Source of the DNA: Betaproteobacteria bacterium
GTDB taxonomy: Bacteria > Pseudomonadota > Gammaproteobacteria > Burkholderiales > SG8-41
Direction of reading: 5' to 3'
Assembly (NCBI GenBank): GCA_028291945.1
Contig: JAQGNH010000043.1
Span: forward strand, 6,522 to 70,521
Length of the DNA: 64,000 bases
The position numbers were made by a program, and so were the translations under genes. Positions within the stretch are counted from its first letter, which is position 1, and each line of letters opens with the position of its first letter. The notes below the pieces were generated by a model. That model saw only the letters and a list, made by a program, of their open reading frames with translations. It had not been told where the DNA came from and did not search any database. This document shows, piece by piece, positions 19,066-28,792 of the stretch.

Positions 19066-20160
19066 ATGAAATGTCTGCTGCCTTCTGCGGCTTTCGCGTC
19101 TTGCTGCGTGCTCGCACTCGCAGGCTGCGCATCGCTGCCGCGTTATTCTCACAACGTCGATGCAAACGTGCGTTCGACCCCGGACACGGTCGTCTGGGGC
19201 CACCTGCCCGGCGCGCGCAAACCCGTAGTTACGGTGCGCTCGGGGCAGGTGGTGCGCATCGATACGATCTCGCATCAGGGCGTTACGAACGGCATGGACC
19301 CCGTGAAGTTTTTCGGAGACGCAGGAATTGCTGCGAATGACGTGTTGACGGACGCGATGGATGTATATGGCAAAGTGCAGCGGCCGAAAGACTCCGGCGC
19401 GCACGTGCTGACCGGGCCCATATACGTCGAAGGCGCAGAACCCGGGGACATGCTCGAAGTTCGTGTGCTCGACATCGATTTTCGTGTCCCCTATGGCGTC
19501 AACAACAGCAACAAAGGGTCCGGCGTTCTGCCGGACCTGCACTCAAGTCCGAGTCCCAAGATAATCAGGTTCGATCTGCAGCGGCGCGTCGCGCTGTTTG
19601 CCCCCGGCATTGAAGTGCCACTGGCCCCTTTCATGGGCATCATGACGGTAGCACCGCCCGAGGCGAGCCTCGCGAGCACGCGACCGCCCGGCGTTTACGG
19701 CGGTAACATGGATTTCAACCGTCTTGGAATCGGCTCCAGCTTGTATTTGCCGGTCCATCAACGCGGCGGGCTCTTCTATACGGGCGATGCTCACGCGGTA
19801 CAGGGCGACGGCGAAGTGAATGGCACTGCAATAGAAGCATCATTGACTCCGGTGCTGCAATTCATCGTCCACAAGGGCGCCGGGAAAACCATGAAGTGGC
19901 CGCGCGCAGAGGACGCTTCGAACTACTACGTCATGGGCATGGACGTCGATCTCGACGTGGCGATGAAAGAGGCCGTGCAGGAGACGGTGACTTTTCTCGG
20001 CCGTGAAAGAGGGCTTACGCCCGGCGACGCATATTCGCTTGCCAGTATCGGCGTCAACTACGTCGTCGCTGAGGCCGTCGACCACGTGCTGATGATTTAC
20101 GGTGCGATCCCGAAAAAACTATTTTCGACGAATGCGCCTTTCTGGGCGGGCCAGCGCTAG
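19066..20160 (+). CDS. Acetamidase/formamidase family protein with a lipoprotein signal
   Basis: CVLALAGC is a lipobox. [16 protein letters not shown] and HAVQGDGEV are FmdA/AmdA-type motifs. Confidence 0.8.
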   Translation: MKCLLPSAAFASCCVLALAGCASLPRYSHNVDANVRSTPDTVVWGHLPGARKPVVTVRSGQVVRIDTISHQGVTNGMDPVKFFGDAGIAANDVLTDAMDVYGKVQRPKDSGAHVLTGPIYVEGAEPGDMLEVRVLDIDFRVPYGVNNSNKGSGVLPDLHSSPSPKIIRFDLQRRVALFAPGIEVPLAPFMGIMTVAPPEASLASTRPPGVYGGNMDFNRLGIGSSLYLPVHQRGGLFYTGDAHAVQGDGEVNGTAIEASLTPVLQFIVHKGAGKTMKWPRAEDASNYYVMGMDVDLDVAMKEAVQETVTFLGRERGLTPGDAYSLASIGVNYVVAEAVDHVLMIYGAIPKKLFSTNAPFWAGQR

Positions 20161-20187
20161 GGCGAGATGAGTAGGGAGATGGCGTAA

Positions 20188-21168
20188 ATGACTGTGAGCA
20201 TTGCTCGCCGAATTTCATCCGTGCTCGTGCTGCTTGCCAGCGTTGCGGCACAGCCGGTCGTGGCTCAAACGTATCCGTCCAAGGCGGTGCGAATCGTTGT
20301 TCCGTTCGCCCCCAGCAGCACGATCGATATCATCGCCCGCATCATCGCGCCCAAGCTGAGCGAATTGCTCGGGCAGCCGGTGCTCGTCGACAACCGCGCG
20401 GGTGCTGGAGGCATGGTAGGCATGGATGCGGTCGCGAAATCGCAGCCCGACGGGCACACGCTCGTGATCGGCGCGCTGGGGCCGCTCGCTATGAATCCGG
20501 CGCTGTATCCGAAGACACCGTTCGATCCAGTGCGTGACTTTGCTGCTGTCAGCCTGCTCGCGACGGGCCCCGTAGTGATCGCAGTGCACCCTTCGGTTCC
20601 GGCGCGAAACGTGAAGGAGCTGGTCGAGCTCGCAAAGAAAAGGCCGGGGCAGCTCAACTTCGGTTCACCGGGCGTCGGCAGCAGCCCTCATCTGACTGGC
20701 GAGCTCCTGAAAATGCTGACCGCCACCGACATCGTGCACGTGCCCTACAAAGGCAACGCCGAGGCGCTGACCGATCTCATCAGTGGACGCGTGAGTATTG
20801 TCTTTACCGGAGTGCCCCCGGTGGTCCCATTGGCGAAGGCGGGTCGCGTGAGACTGCTCGTGACGACCGGGCGGCAGCGTCTCGCACAGCTTCCAGACGT
20901 ACCCACGATCGCCGAAGCCGGACTGCCCGGCGCGCAGGTGTTGATCTGGTACGGCGCCGTCGCGCCTGCCGCAACGCCGAAAGACGTCGTCACGCGTTTG
21001 AATCGCGAGATTGTCAAACTGATGCAGGCCCCCGACATCCGTGAGCGGTTCTCTCAGCAGGGTATCGATCCGGAAACGAGCACCCCGGAGCAGTTCGCGC
21101 AGTTGATACGGGACGAGTACGCGCGCTGGACGAAAGTGATACGCGCGAGCGGAATCAAAGTGGAGTGA
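20188..21168 (+). CDS. Bug/TctC-family tripartite tricarboxylate transporter substrate-binding protein
   Basis: Signal peptide, then AQTYPSKAVRIVVPF...HVPYKGNAEAL. About 325 aa. Confidence 0.9.
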   Translation: MTVSIARRISSVLVLLASVAAQPVVAQTYPSKAVRIVVPFAPSSTIDIIARIIAPKLSELLGQPVLVDNRAGAGGMVGMDAVAKSQPDGHTLVIGALGPLAMNPALYPKTPFDPVRDFAAVSLLATGPVVIAVHPSVPARNVKELVELAKKRPGQLNFGSPGVGSSPHLTGELLKMLTATDIVHVPYKGNAEALTDLISGRVSIVFTGVPPVVPLAKAGRVRLLVTTGRQRLAQLPDVPTIAEAGLPGAQVLIWYGAVAPAATPKDVVTRLNREIVKLMQAPDIRERFSQQGIDPETSTPEQFAQLIRDEYARWTKVIRASGIKVE

Positions 21169-21177
21169 GCAAAGCGA

Positions 21178-22335
21178 ATGAGTCACTGGTTCGAATATTT
21201 TCCCGGTCAGCACATGTGGTCGCAAGGCATGATGTTTGGCATCGAGATGCAGACGTGGGGCGCCGCAGCGCTGGGCGAGATCGACCAGATCGGCCAGAAG
21301 CTCAAGGGCCACGAAGGCAATAACGAAAAATGGTGGCAGGAATGGACCTCGATGGCAAAGCGCATCGAGGGATTCGCCGAGCGCGAGGCGGATGCGGGCC
21401 ATCAGCTTACGGCCGGAAGCTACTATTTGCGTGCAGCCGTGTACTACTTCTGCGGCGAGCGCTTCATCGCACCCTCTGAACGCAAGTGGGACACCTACCG
21501 CAGCTGCCTGCGTTGCTTCGCTGAAGGCATTGCGCGGCGTTATCCGAATATCGAACGGGTGGAAGTGGCCTACGAAGGAACGACTTTGCCTGCGTGGTTC
21601 CTGAGAGCGGACGTGCGCGGGCCTGCACCGGCCGTGGTCATGTTCGACGGACTCGACAACGCAAAAGAGATGAGCGTACTGTTTGGCGGTGTCGAAATAG
21701 CCCGGCGCGGCATACACACGCTCGCGATCGACGGGCCAGGACAGGGCGAGGCGCTGAGGCTGCAGGGGATACCCAGCCGATACGACTATGAAGTGCCCGC
21801 TCGTGCGGCGTATGAGTACATGGCGAAGCGTGCGGAAGTCGATGACAAGCGCATCGCCGTTGCCGGCTTCAGCATGGGGGGTTATTACGCGCCGCGTGCG
21901 GCCGCCATGGAGTCTCGTTTTGCGGCATGTGTCGCGTGGGGTGGGCACTGGGACTACCACGAATCTTGGATACGCCGCCGCAGGATCATGGAAGCGGGCG
22001 GGACGAAACTCTCCGCCCCATCTTTCCAGTTACCGTGGGTGCTCGGCATGCCCGACATGGACGCGTGCATGAAGAAACTTGAAAACTATCGCCTGGCGCC
22101 GGTCGCGGAGCGCATCAAGTGCCCGTTCTATTGCATACACGGCGAGAACGATAACATCGTGCCGCTCGAGTTTGCGCAGAAACTTTTCGACGCTGTGGGG
22201 TCCAACGACAAGGCGCTGAAAGTGCTCACGGCCCACGACGGTGGAAGCGAGCACTGCCAGGAAGACAACCGGCAAGTCGGAGTCAATCTCGTTGCGGACT
22301 GGCTTGCGGAGCGCTTGGGTGGCACGCTGAGCTAA
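21178..22335 (+). CDS. Alpha/beta hydrolase
   Basis: 385 aa. GFSMGG is the nucleophile elbow. It lies directly after the tctC-like gene, so an operon is likely. Confidence 0.7.
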   Translation: MSHWFEYFPGQHMWSQGMMFGIEMQTWGAAALGEIDQIGQKLKGHEGNNEKWWQEWTSMAKRIEGFAEREADAGHQLTAGSYYLRAAVYYFCGERFIAPSERKWDTYRSCLRCFAEGIARRYPNIERVEVAYEGTTLPAWFLRADVRGPAPAVVMFDGLDNAKEMSVLFGGVEIARRGIHTLAIDGPGQGEALRLQGIPSRYDYEVPARAAYEYMAKRAEVDDKRIAVAGFSMGGYYAPRAAAMESRFAACVAWGGHWDYHESWIRRRRIMEAGGTKLSAPSFQLPWVLGMPDMDACMKKLENYRLAPVAERIKCPFYCIHGENDNIVPLEFAQKLFDAVGSNDKALKVLTAHDGGSEHCQEDNRQVGVNLVADWLAERLGGTLS

Positions 22336-22384
22336 AGTCCCGTATTCCCTGCGTGCCCGCGATCTCGAGCCGGACACGCTCAAA

Positions 22385-22435
22385 ATCTATCGTTTTGAGA
22401 GGCTAACTTTTCGAGAGACTAACATTTCGATAGAT
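22385..22435. promoter_or_regulatory. Operator-like palindrome enclosing two direct repeats, in an AT-richer spacer
   Basis: atctatcg (22385-92) pairs with cgatagat (22428-35). They flank ttttgagaggctaac (22393-407) and ttttcgagagactaac (22408-23). The structure lies about 60 nt upstream of the small HTH ORF. Confidence 0.3.
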
Positions 22436-22494
22436 CGATCGTGCCGTAGTTAACTGCAAGAGGTCGTACCCCGCTGCAAACTAGCGACGCTGCA

Positions 22495-22761
22495 TTGCTG
22501 ACCGTGCGTGGGGTGGAATTGAAAACCAAAGTTCAAAGGAAGGCTGGCCGGCCGGCGCGCTCGCGCCGCAGAACGATCGCCGAGCTCGTCCAGGAACGAG
22601 GATCCATAGCGCAATTTGCCCGTGATCTGTCGCAGATCAGCGGAGAGGAGGTCACCTGGGCAAGGGTCAATAACTGGATACTCCGCGATTCGGTTTCAAA
22701 GAACATGGCCGTTCACGTTCATAAGCTCACGCGTGCACCCCTGGCGGATCTCCTGAGCTGA
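22495..22761 (+). CDS. Small Cro/YdaS-like helix-turn-helix protein (start uncertain)
   Basis: SIAQFARDLSQISGEEVTWARVNNWILRDSVSKNMAVHVHKLTRAPLADLL resembles Cro/YdaS-type HTH proteins. There is no clear ATG start. Confidence 0.4.
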   Translation: MLTVRGVELKTKVQRKAGRPARSRRRTIAELVQERGSIAQFARDLSQISGEEVTWARVNNWILRDSVSKNMAVHVHKLTRAPLADLLS

Positions 22762-22811
22762 TGGCTGACGGGCTTCGAAATCCCCGCCTTCCCTAAAAGA
22801 AAGGAAACACC

Positions 22812-23243
22812 ATGCACAAAATTTTCGCCGTGATTCTCATGTGTTTGGCGACACCGTCATTGTGCTTTGCCGAGTCGAAGGTACCCCTGGAAGTCGTGCA
22901 CAGCGGCAAGGACCGCGCGGGACAACTCTTCGTAGCGGAGTTGAAAGAGATCATGCGCTCGCACAGCGCACGTCCCGTTACCGACCGCCAGAGACCGCGT
23001 ATCGTCGTTCTCGTCGCCACTGCTGACGGCGACTCTCAGCTTCGCGGCAGCTCGTCTGCGATATCGATCAGCATTCTTTATGACGCCCCGCGCATGCCTG
23101 GCGAAGGCGCATTTCTCAAGAGCGTGGCGCAATCGTGCAGCCGGGAAAACGCAGCGATTTGCGCGCGCAACGCGGCCGCCGACATCGAGTACGAAGTCAG
23201 TCTGCTGCGCAGAAACTGGCCCGCCCTGTGGGCTAGCCTTTGA
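22812..23243 (+). CDS. Secreted hypothetical protein
   Basis: MHKIFAVILMCLATPSLCFA is a signal peptide. 143 aa, no domain recognised. Confidence 0.5.
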   Translation: MHKIFAVILMCLATPSLCFAESKVPLEVVHSGKDRAGQLFVAELKEIMRSHSARPVTDRQRPRIVVLVATADGDSQLRGSSSAISISILYDAPRMPGEGAFLKSVAQSCSRENAAICARNAAADIEYEVSLLRRNWPALWASL

Positions 23244-23267
23244 GGGAGTGCCTGCCGGCACGCCCTC
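23242..23267 (+). terminator. Hairpin overlapping the stop codon
   Basis: gagggagtgcc-tgcc-ggcacgccctc, complementary at 10 of 11 positions. No T-run follows. Confidence 0.35.
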
Positions 23268-23274
23268 CAGAGCG

Positions 23275-23317
23275 GTAAACGAACAGGGAGAACCCAAGGT
23301 TCTCCCCGTTACCCCTC
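23275..23317. repeat. Third copy of the REP-like hairpin element
   Basis: gtaaacgaacagggagaacccaaggttctccccgttacccctc. It shares its flanks with the copies at 7031-7131, and the stem carries a compensatory A:T to G:C change. Confidence 0.8.
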
Positions 23318-23357
23318 TCCTACGGTTGGCTACCGCTGCAGTAACCGCGGGCTGCGG

Positions 23358-24317
23358 TTACTGAGGCTTGAAGCCGATGTCCTTTGCGAGCTTGCCGTAC
23401 CTTGCGTAGTCCTTGCGAATCACGTCGCCGAAGTATTCGGGCGGTTGTTGCACCACGTCGAGACCGGCGAGCGTCATCTTCTCCCGCACATCGGGAAAAC
23501 TCATCGCTTCGTTGATCGCCTTGTTCAACAGGGCGATCACCTCTTTCGGTACTGCGGCCGGAGCGATGTAGCCGAACCAGCCCTGTGACACATAACCCGG
23601 AACGTGCTCCGCGATGGTCGGGATGTCCGGCAAGTAAGACACGCGCGTCGGATTCGTAATCGCCAGCGCGCGGATGCGGCCCGCGCGAACGTGCGGCGCC
23701 ATCCCGGTAAAGCCGTCGATGGTGGCGTCGACCTGGCCGCCCATCAGTTCCGCAATGATCTGGCCGGTGCCTCTGTAAGGCACGTGCAGATAGCTGAAAC
23801 CCGCGAGGGTGCGCAGCTGCTCGATCGCGAGATGGGGAAAGCCGCCTTCTCCATTGGAGGCGAACGTGAGCTTGCCCGGATTCGCCTTGGCATAAAGCAC
23901 GAGATCGCGCGTCGTCTTGAAAGGGACACTCGGATGTACGGCGAGCCCGAGGAAGTTGGTCGCCAGTAACGCCACCGGCTGAAAATCTCTGATCGGGTCG
24001 TACGCAAGCTTCTTGTAGGTGTGAGGCGCTACGACCAGATTGCCGCCCTGGCCGATCGCGATCGTGTAGCCGTCGGGTGCCGCACGCGCCGCGAGCTCGA
24101 GCCCGAGCTGGCCGGCGGCACCGGGACGGTTATCCACGATCATCTGTTGACCATAGCGCTGGCTGAATTTTTCGCCGATCAGGCGCCCCAGTATGTCGGC
24201 CGTGTTCCCCGGGGGAAAGGGTACGATCACCCGCACCGGCTTGACTGGATATTGCTGGGCGAACGCAGCAACCGCGACTAACAAGCTAGCGACGAATATG
24301 CAAACCGCAGAACGCAT
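23358..24317 (-). CDS. Bug/TctC-family substrate-binding protein
   Basis: The ATG at 24317 gives MRSAVCIFVASLLVAVAAFAQQYPVKPVRVIVPFPPGNTAD, and HVPYRGTGQ is present. Confidence 0.9.
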   Translation of the reverse strand: MRSAVCIFVASLLVAVAAFAQQYPVKPVRVIVPFPPGNTADILGRLIGEKFSQRYGQQMIVDNRPGAAGQLGLELAARAAPDGYTIAIGQGGNLVVAPHTYKKLAYDPIRDFQPVALLATNFLGLAVHPSVPFKTTRDLVLYAKANPGKLTFASNGEGGFPHLAIEQLRTLAGFSYLHVPYRGTGQIIAELMGGQVDATIDGFTGMAPHVRAGRIRALAITNPTRVSYLPDIPTIAEHVPGYVSQGWFGYIAPAAVPKEVIALLNKAINEAMSFPDVREKMTLAGLDVVQQPPEYFGDVIRKDYARYGKLAKDIGFKPQ

Positions 24318-24387
24318 GTCAACTCCCGCTAATGGTCGCAATTATTGTGACATACGCAAACGCGTGGCGAAGTGCTGCGAGGCGGCG

Positions 24388-25215
24388 TCAGTTTTTTTCG
24401 GACCTCTGTGCGGTACGGCGAGTTTTCAGCTGTGGCGTGAGATGCGGTGCGATCAGCTTCAGCAGCTCCGCGAAAACCTTGGGGTTGCCTGCGACGATAT
24501 TGCCGGTTTCCATCCATCCTTCGTTGCCTTCGAGATCGCCGACGAGTCCCCCGGCTTCTGTGATGAGCAGCGAACCCGCAGCCATGTCCCAACGGCTGAG
24601 ACCAAGCTCCCAGAACGCATCGAGTCGTCCGGCCGCAACGTAGGCGAGATCGAGCGCCGCAGAGCCGGCGCGGCGTACACCTGCCGTGCCTTTCGTGATG
24701 TCCACCAGCATTGCCATGTACGGATCGAGATGGGCGAGTTCCTTGAACGGGAATCCGGTTCCGATGAGACACGGCTTCAGCTGCGCCCGTTTGCTGACAC
24801 GTAAGCGGGTGTCATTCAGGAATGCGCCGCGGCCGCGACTCGCAGTGAAAAGATCATTGCGCCCGGGATCGTAGATGACGGCCTGAGTCACGAGGCCGCG
24901 GTGCTCGAGGGCAATAGACACGGCATACTGCGGAAAACCATGCAAAAAGTTTGTCGTGCCGTCGAGCGGGTCGATCACCCACCGGTACTCGGACTGCCCG
25001 GACGCTCCGCTTTCCTCTGCTAAAATCGCGTGCCCCGGGTAAGCTTCGTGCAACGTGGAGATGACGACCTGCTCGGCTTCACGGTCCACCTCCGACACGA
25101 AATCGTTTACTGCTTTTTCCTTTACGGCAACGATGTCGAGATTGCGAGACGCGCGGTTGATGACATTGCCGGCGCGGCGTGCGGCTTTTACCGCGGTGTT
25201 GAGCATCGGGTGCAT
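24388..25215 (-). CDS. suhB: Inositol monophosphatase family protein SuhB
   Basis: [19 protein letters not shown]..., with the [16 protein letters not shown] and WDMAAG motifs. Confidence 0.9.
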   Translation of the reverse strand: MHPMLNTAVKAARRAGNVINRASRNLDIVAVKEKAVNDFVSEVDREAEQVVISTLHEAYPGHAILAEESGASGQSEYRWVIDPLDGTTNFLHGFPQYAVSIALEHRGLVTQAVIYDPGRNDLFTASRGRGAFLNDTRLRVSKRAQLKPCLIGTGFPFKELAHLDPYMAMLVDITKGTAGVRRAGSAALDLAYVAAGRLDAFWELGLSRWDMAAGSLLITEAGGLVGDLEGNEGWMETGNIVAGNPKVFAELLKLIAPHLTPQLKTRRTAQRSEKN

Positions 25216-25444
25216 GGCTGAGTGGGACCTGGTTTATTAGCTGCGGATGTTCGAAACAGGGCACGCGCCCGGCCTGCTACGTCTGAGCACCGGTGGGCCC
25301 GTTTGGAAGCGGCGTATTGTAGAGCGTAAGCAGGCATTGAGCACGTCGGCGTCCGTTGCCGACGATCGTTGTTCCGCTCCCGCATGTAGGGCGGCGCGCG
25401 TCCCTTCCCAGTCTCCTCTTTACTTTTGCAGCGTGTAAAGCTCC

Positions 25445-26170
25445 ATGCCCCGCACCGATCCGCTGAAGAATATCCGTATCGTTTTGTGCGAGACCAGCCA
25501 CCCGGGAAATATCGGGGCGGCCGCGCGCGCCATGAAAACGATGGGGCTGACAAAACTCCATCTCGTCCAGCCGCAGCGCTTTCCGGATCCCGAGGCAAAT
25601 TGGCGGGCCGCGCGCGCAACCGATGTGCTCGACAAGGCGAAGGTGCATGAAACCTTGGACGCCGCGTTGCATGGCGTCGGTCTAAGCGTGGCGTGCTCGG
25701 CTCGAACGCGTGAGATCGCGGTCCCGCAGTCAGGGGTTCGCGAAGTTGCTGCTCGCGCCATAGCAGTCGCGCGCTCCCAATCCGTTGCTCTCGTGTTCGG
25801 TAACGAGACGTTCGGCCTCACTACGGAACAGGTCAACAAGTGCGGCGTGCTCGCTACGATCCCGGCGAATCCGCGTTACCCATCGCTTAACCTGGCTGCT
25901 GCCGTTCAGGTCTTCGCCTATGAGTTGCGCACAGCGGCTCAGGAGAACGACGCGCCCACCCTAGAGCCCCGGCTGGCCCCCCACGAGGACGTCGAAAGGT
26001 TTTACGCGCATCTCGAGACGCTCATGACGGAGGTCGGATTTCTGAATCCGGAACATCCCAAAAAGCTCATGCCACGGCTGCGGCGGCTTTTTGCACGCGC
26101 GCGCCTCGAGCCTGAGGAGATCAACATATTACGCGGCATCATCAAGGCGCTTTCGCGCTCCAACCGGTAA
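25445..26170 (+). CDS. trmJ: tRNA (cytidine/uridine-2'-O)-methyltransferase TrmJ (SpoU family)
   Basis: IRIVLCETSHPGNIGAAARAMKTMG. It is divergent from suhB, as in other proteobacteria. Confidence 0.85.
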   Translation: MPRTDPLKNIRIVLCETSHPGNIGAAARAMKTMGLTKLHLVQPQRFPDPEANWRAARATDVLDKAKVHETLDAALHGVGLSVACSARTREIAVPQSGVREVAARAIAVARSQSVALVFGNETFGLTTEQVNKCGVLATIPANPRYPSLNLAAAVQVFAYELRTAAQENDAPTLEPRLAPHEDVERFYAHLETLMTEVGFLNPEHPKKLMPRLRRLFARARLEPEEINILRGIIKALSRSNR

Positions 26171-26210
26171 CCCCCGCACTGCCCGACGGCGCGCGCTTCC
26201 GGGCGACAAC

Positions 26211-26239
26211 ATAGTTGATTAAAATACTCGACTTTAATC
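26211..26239 (+). promoter_or_regulatory. IscR-box-like site upstream of cysE
   Basis: atagttgattaaaatactcgactttaatc contains a perfect 7-bp inverted repeat, gattaaa-N9-tttaatc. It resembles the boxes upstream of iscR at 26967-27020. Confidence 0.3.
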
Positions 26240-26255
26240 GCGCCGCTGGTTAGCC

Positions 26256-26978
26256 ATGTTCTCTCGCATAAAAGAAGAAATCGCCGTGGTATTCGAGCGT
26301 GATCCGGCCGCCCGAAATACGTGGGAAGTCATCACCTGCTACCCCGGTTTTCACGCGATGCTCGTGCACAGGCTTGCGCACCGGCTCTGGGGCGGCGGCT
26401 TCAAGTGGCTGGCGCGGTTCATTTCCCATCTCGGTCGCGGGCTCACCGGAGTCGAAATACACCCCGGTGCGCAAATCGGACGGCGTTTTTTTATCGATCA
26501 CGGCATGGGCGTGGTCATCGGCCAGACTGCGGAAATCGGCAACGACTGCACGCTTTATCATGGTGTCACGCTGGGGGGCACTTCCTGGAGTCCGGGCAAG
26601 CGCCACCCGACGTTGGGCGCAGGAGTCGTAATTGGCGCGGGCGCCAAAATTCTGGGTCCCATCCTCATCGGCGACGGCGCGAAGATCGGCTCCAACGCAG
26701 TCGTGGTGAAGTCGGTGCCGCCCGGCGCGACTGCGATTGGGATTCCGGCGCGAATTGTGGAGTCGCACGACACCCAAGGCCGGTTTGCCGCGTATGCAGT
26801 GGCACGCGATGTCAACGATCCGGTGGCGCAGGCGCTGCACGAACTGCTCGACCACTGCGTCGAGAACGATCATCGCATCGAGCACATCCTCGCTGAGTTG
26901 AAGCGGTTAGGCGGCAGAACGGACGAGCAGCGGCGCTCTGGATTTGACCCGGAACATTTGAACCGAATTGTTGACTAA
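26256..26978 (+). CDS. cysE: Serine O-acetyltransferase
   Basis: [19 protein letters not shown]...[28 protein letters not shown], with hexapeptide repeats. Confidence 0.9.
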   Translation: MFSRIKEEIAVVFERDPAARNTWEVITCYPGFHAMLVHRLAHRLWGGGFKWLARFISHLGRGLTGVEIHPGAQIGRRFFIDHGMGVVIGQTAEIGNDCTLYHGVTLGGTSWSPGKRHPTLGAGVVIGAGAKILGPILIGDGAKIGSNAVVVKSVPPGATAIGIPARIVESHDTQGRFAAYAVARDVNDPVAQALHELLDHCVENDHRIEHILAELKRLGGRTDEQRRSGFDPEHLNRIVD

Positions 26979-27020
26979 ATCTGTCGGGAAAGAGTATAGT
27001 CGACTAAATCAGTATGCTAT
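26967..27020 (+). promoter_or_regulatory. iscR promoter with two IscR type-1-like boxes
   Basis: ttgact (26971-76), an 18-nt spacer, then tatagt (26995-27000). The box atagtcgactaaatcagtatgctat (26996-27020) fits the ATASYYGACTRWWWYAGTCRRSTAT pattern well. The box attgttgactaaatctgtcgggaaa (26967-91) resembles the E. coli iscR site. Confidence 0.55.
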
Positions 27021-27072
27021 TGTTTTTTCAGAGCAGTCCGTTGATTTGGCAAGCATTTTTCGAGGTGGGCGC

Positions 27073-27549
27073 ATGAGACTCACGACCAAAGGAAGATTTG
27101 CTGTGACGGCGATGGTGGACCTCGCGCTGAGGCACGGCGGGGGCCCCGTCACTCTGGCAGAAATCAGCTCGCGCCAGAAGATTTCGCTGTCCTACCTGGA
27201 ACAATTGTTCGGGAAACTGCGCCGGCACCAGCTCGTGGACAGTGTGCGGGGTCCCGGTGGCGGTTATCGCCTGGCAAAGGACATGGCATCGATTTCGGTA
27301 GCCGAGATCATCCTGGCCGTGGATGAGCCAATCGACGCGACTCAATGCGGAGGCAAGGAAAACTGCAAAGACGAGCAGAAGTGTCTGACTCACGACCTGT
27401 GGGCGACGCTGAACGAGCGCATCTTCGACTATCTCGAATCGGTGAGCCTCAGGCAACTCGTCGATGACCAGCGTTCGAAGGATTCAGGCGTGAATACGGT
27501 TCATGACATGCGTCAGAACCCGGGTAAAGGCGTTGCCGTATCGGCATGA
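27073..27549 (+). CDS. iscR: Rrf2-family Fe-S cluster assembly regulator IscR
   Basis: [19 protein letters not shown]...[14 protein letters not shown]...GPGGGYRL, with cluster ligands in [16 protein letters not shown]. Confidence 0.9.
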   Translation: MRLTTKGRFAVTAMVDLALRHGGGPVTLAEISSRQKISLSYLEQLFGKLRRHQLVDSVRGPGGGYRLAKDMASISVAEIILAVDEPIDATQCGGKENCKDEQKCLTHDLWATLNERIFDYLESVSLRQLVDDQRSKDSGVNTVHDMRQNPGKGVAVSA

Positions 27550-27601
27550 AGCGGGGAAATAGGGCTGCTTCCGCATCTCACTTTATTTCGCCATTAAGGT
27601 C

Positions 27602-28747
27602 ATGACCCACGTCTATCTCGATCATAACGCGACGACCGCGCTCGATGAGCGTGTGCTCCAAGCCATGCTGCCGTACATGAGAGCGCAGTACGGCAACGCG
27701 TCGAGCCGCCACGAGCTGGGCACGCAGGCGCGTAAGGCGGTTAACACTGCACGCGAGCAGGTGGCTGCGCTCGTGAACGTGCAGCCCACGCAAGTGATCT
27801 TCATGTCTGGCGGGACGGAAGCAAACAACCTCTTCATCAAAGGCGCGGCGGGTTATCTCAGACCGACGCAAATTGCGGTGAGCGCGATCGAACATCCGTG
27901 CGTGGCCAAGCCCGCACAGGACCTTGCGCGCGCTGGATGGAAAGTCCGAAAGCTCGCCGTGGGTTCGGATGGGCGGGTCGATTTGAATGACGTGACGGCT
28001 GCGTTCGCCGAGCCCACAGGCATCGTGTCGGTCATGCTCGCGAACAACGAGACTGGCGTAATACAGGACATTGCAGCGATCGCGGAACGGGCACGGGCAG
28101 CGCGAGCGTGGGTACACACAGACGCGGTGCAGGCGCTCGGAAAGATCGAAGTCGATTTCGCCGAACTCAACGTGCATGCAATGACTGTTTCGGCCCACAA
28201 GATTTATGGACCGAAGGGCGCCGGCGCGCTGATCATCGACAAGAGGATCGAATTGAAACCGATCATCGCCGGCGGTGGGCACGAGCAAGGCATGCGGTCA
28301 GGGACTGAGAACGTGCCTGCAATCGTCGGTTTTGGTGCGGCTGCCGAGCTGGCCGCCGAACGCCGTGTGGAATCGGGGCAACGCATCGCGGCGCTTCGTG
28401 AACAATTGGAAGAGGGTCTGCACGAGCTCGGAGCGATCATCTTCGGTGGACGCGCGCCGCGTATACCGAACACGAGCTACTTCGCGTTCCCGCATATCGA
28501 CGGCGAAACGCTGGTGATCGAGTTGGACAAGCTGGGTTACGCAGTCGCCGCAGGCGCCGCGTGCTCCAGCACGAGCACGGAGCCTTCGGCGACGTTGATC
28601 GCAATGGGCGTAGAGCCCGAGCTCGCGCGCGGCGCCGTGCGCTTGAGCCTCGGCGCGACCAGCACTGCGGCCGAGATCGATGGTTTTCTGCAGACGCTGG
28701 GCAGCGTGGTGAAACGTTTGAAAGGGCTCAGTGCGATGGCGGTGTGA
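27602..28747 (+). CDS. Class I (NifS/IscS-like) cysteine desulfurase
   Basis: 381 aa. It opens VYLDHNATT. SAHKIYGPKGAGAL carries the PLP Lys and AAGAACSSTSTEPS the active-site Cys. Confidence 0.85.
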   Translation: MTHVYLDHNATTALDERVLQAMLPYMRAQYGNASSRHELGTQARKAVNTAREQVAALVNVQPTQVIFMSGGTEANNLFIKGAAGYLRPTQIAVSAIEHPCVAKPAQDLARAGWKVRKLAVGSDGRVDLNDVTAAFAEPTGIVSVMLANNETGVIQDIAAIAERARAARAWVHTDAVQALGKIEVDFAELNVHAMTVSAHKIYGPKGAGALIIDKRIELKPIIAGGGHEQGMRSGTENVPAIVGFGAAAELAAERRVESGQRIAALREQLEEGLHELGAIIFGGRAPRIPNTSYFAFPHIDGETLVIELDKLGYAVAAGAACSSTSTEPSATLIAMGVEPELARGAVRLSLGATSTAAEIDGFLQTLGSVVKRLKGLSAMAV

Positions 28748-28792
28748 TTGCCGTGAGCACTGACAGGCCATAAAGGCGATAGAAGACAACAA

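Noticed and set aside
18937-19542. A 202-codon N-terminal extension of the mutS ORF (ORF 16348..19542).
   Set aside because: The extension overlaps the formamidase-family gene start on the other strand and has no MutS-like sequence. The canonical MutS N-terminus ([13 protein letters not shown]..) begins just after the ATG at 18936.
20665-21960. A 431-aa minus-strand ORF.
   Set aside because: It is entirely antisense to the well-supported tctC-like and alpha/beta hydrolase genes. Its Arg/His/Ala-rich composition is typical of open antisense frames in GC-rich DNA.
25216-25444. Possible small RNA or ORFs in the suhB-trmJ divergent spacer (ORFs 25188..25619, 25247..25438).
   Set aside because: No terminator, conserved structure or RBS is visible. 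The ORFs overlap each other and the flanking gene starts, so this is most simply a divergent promoter region.
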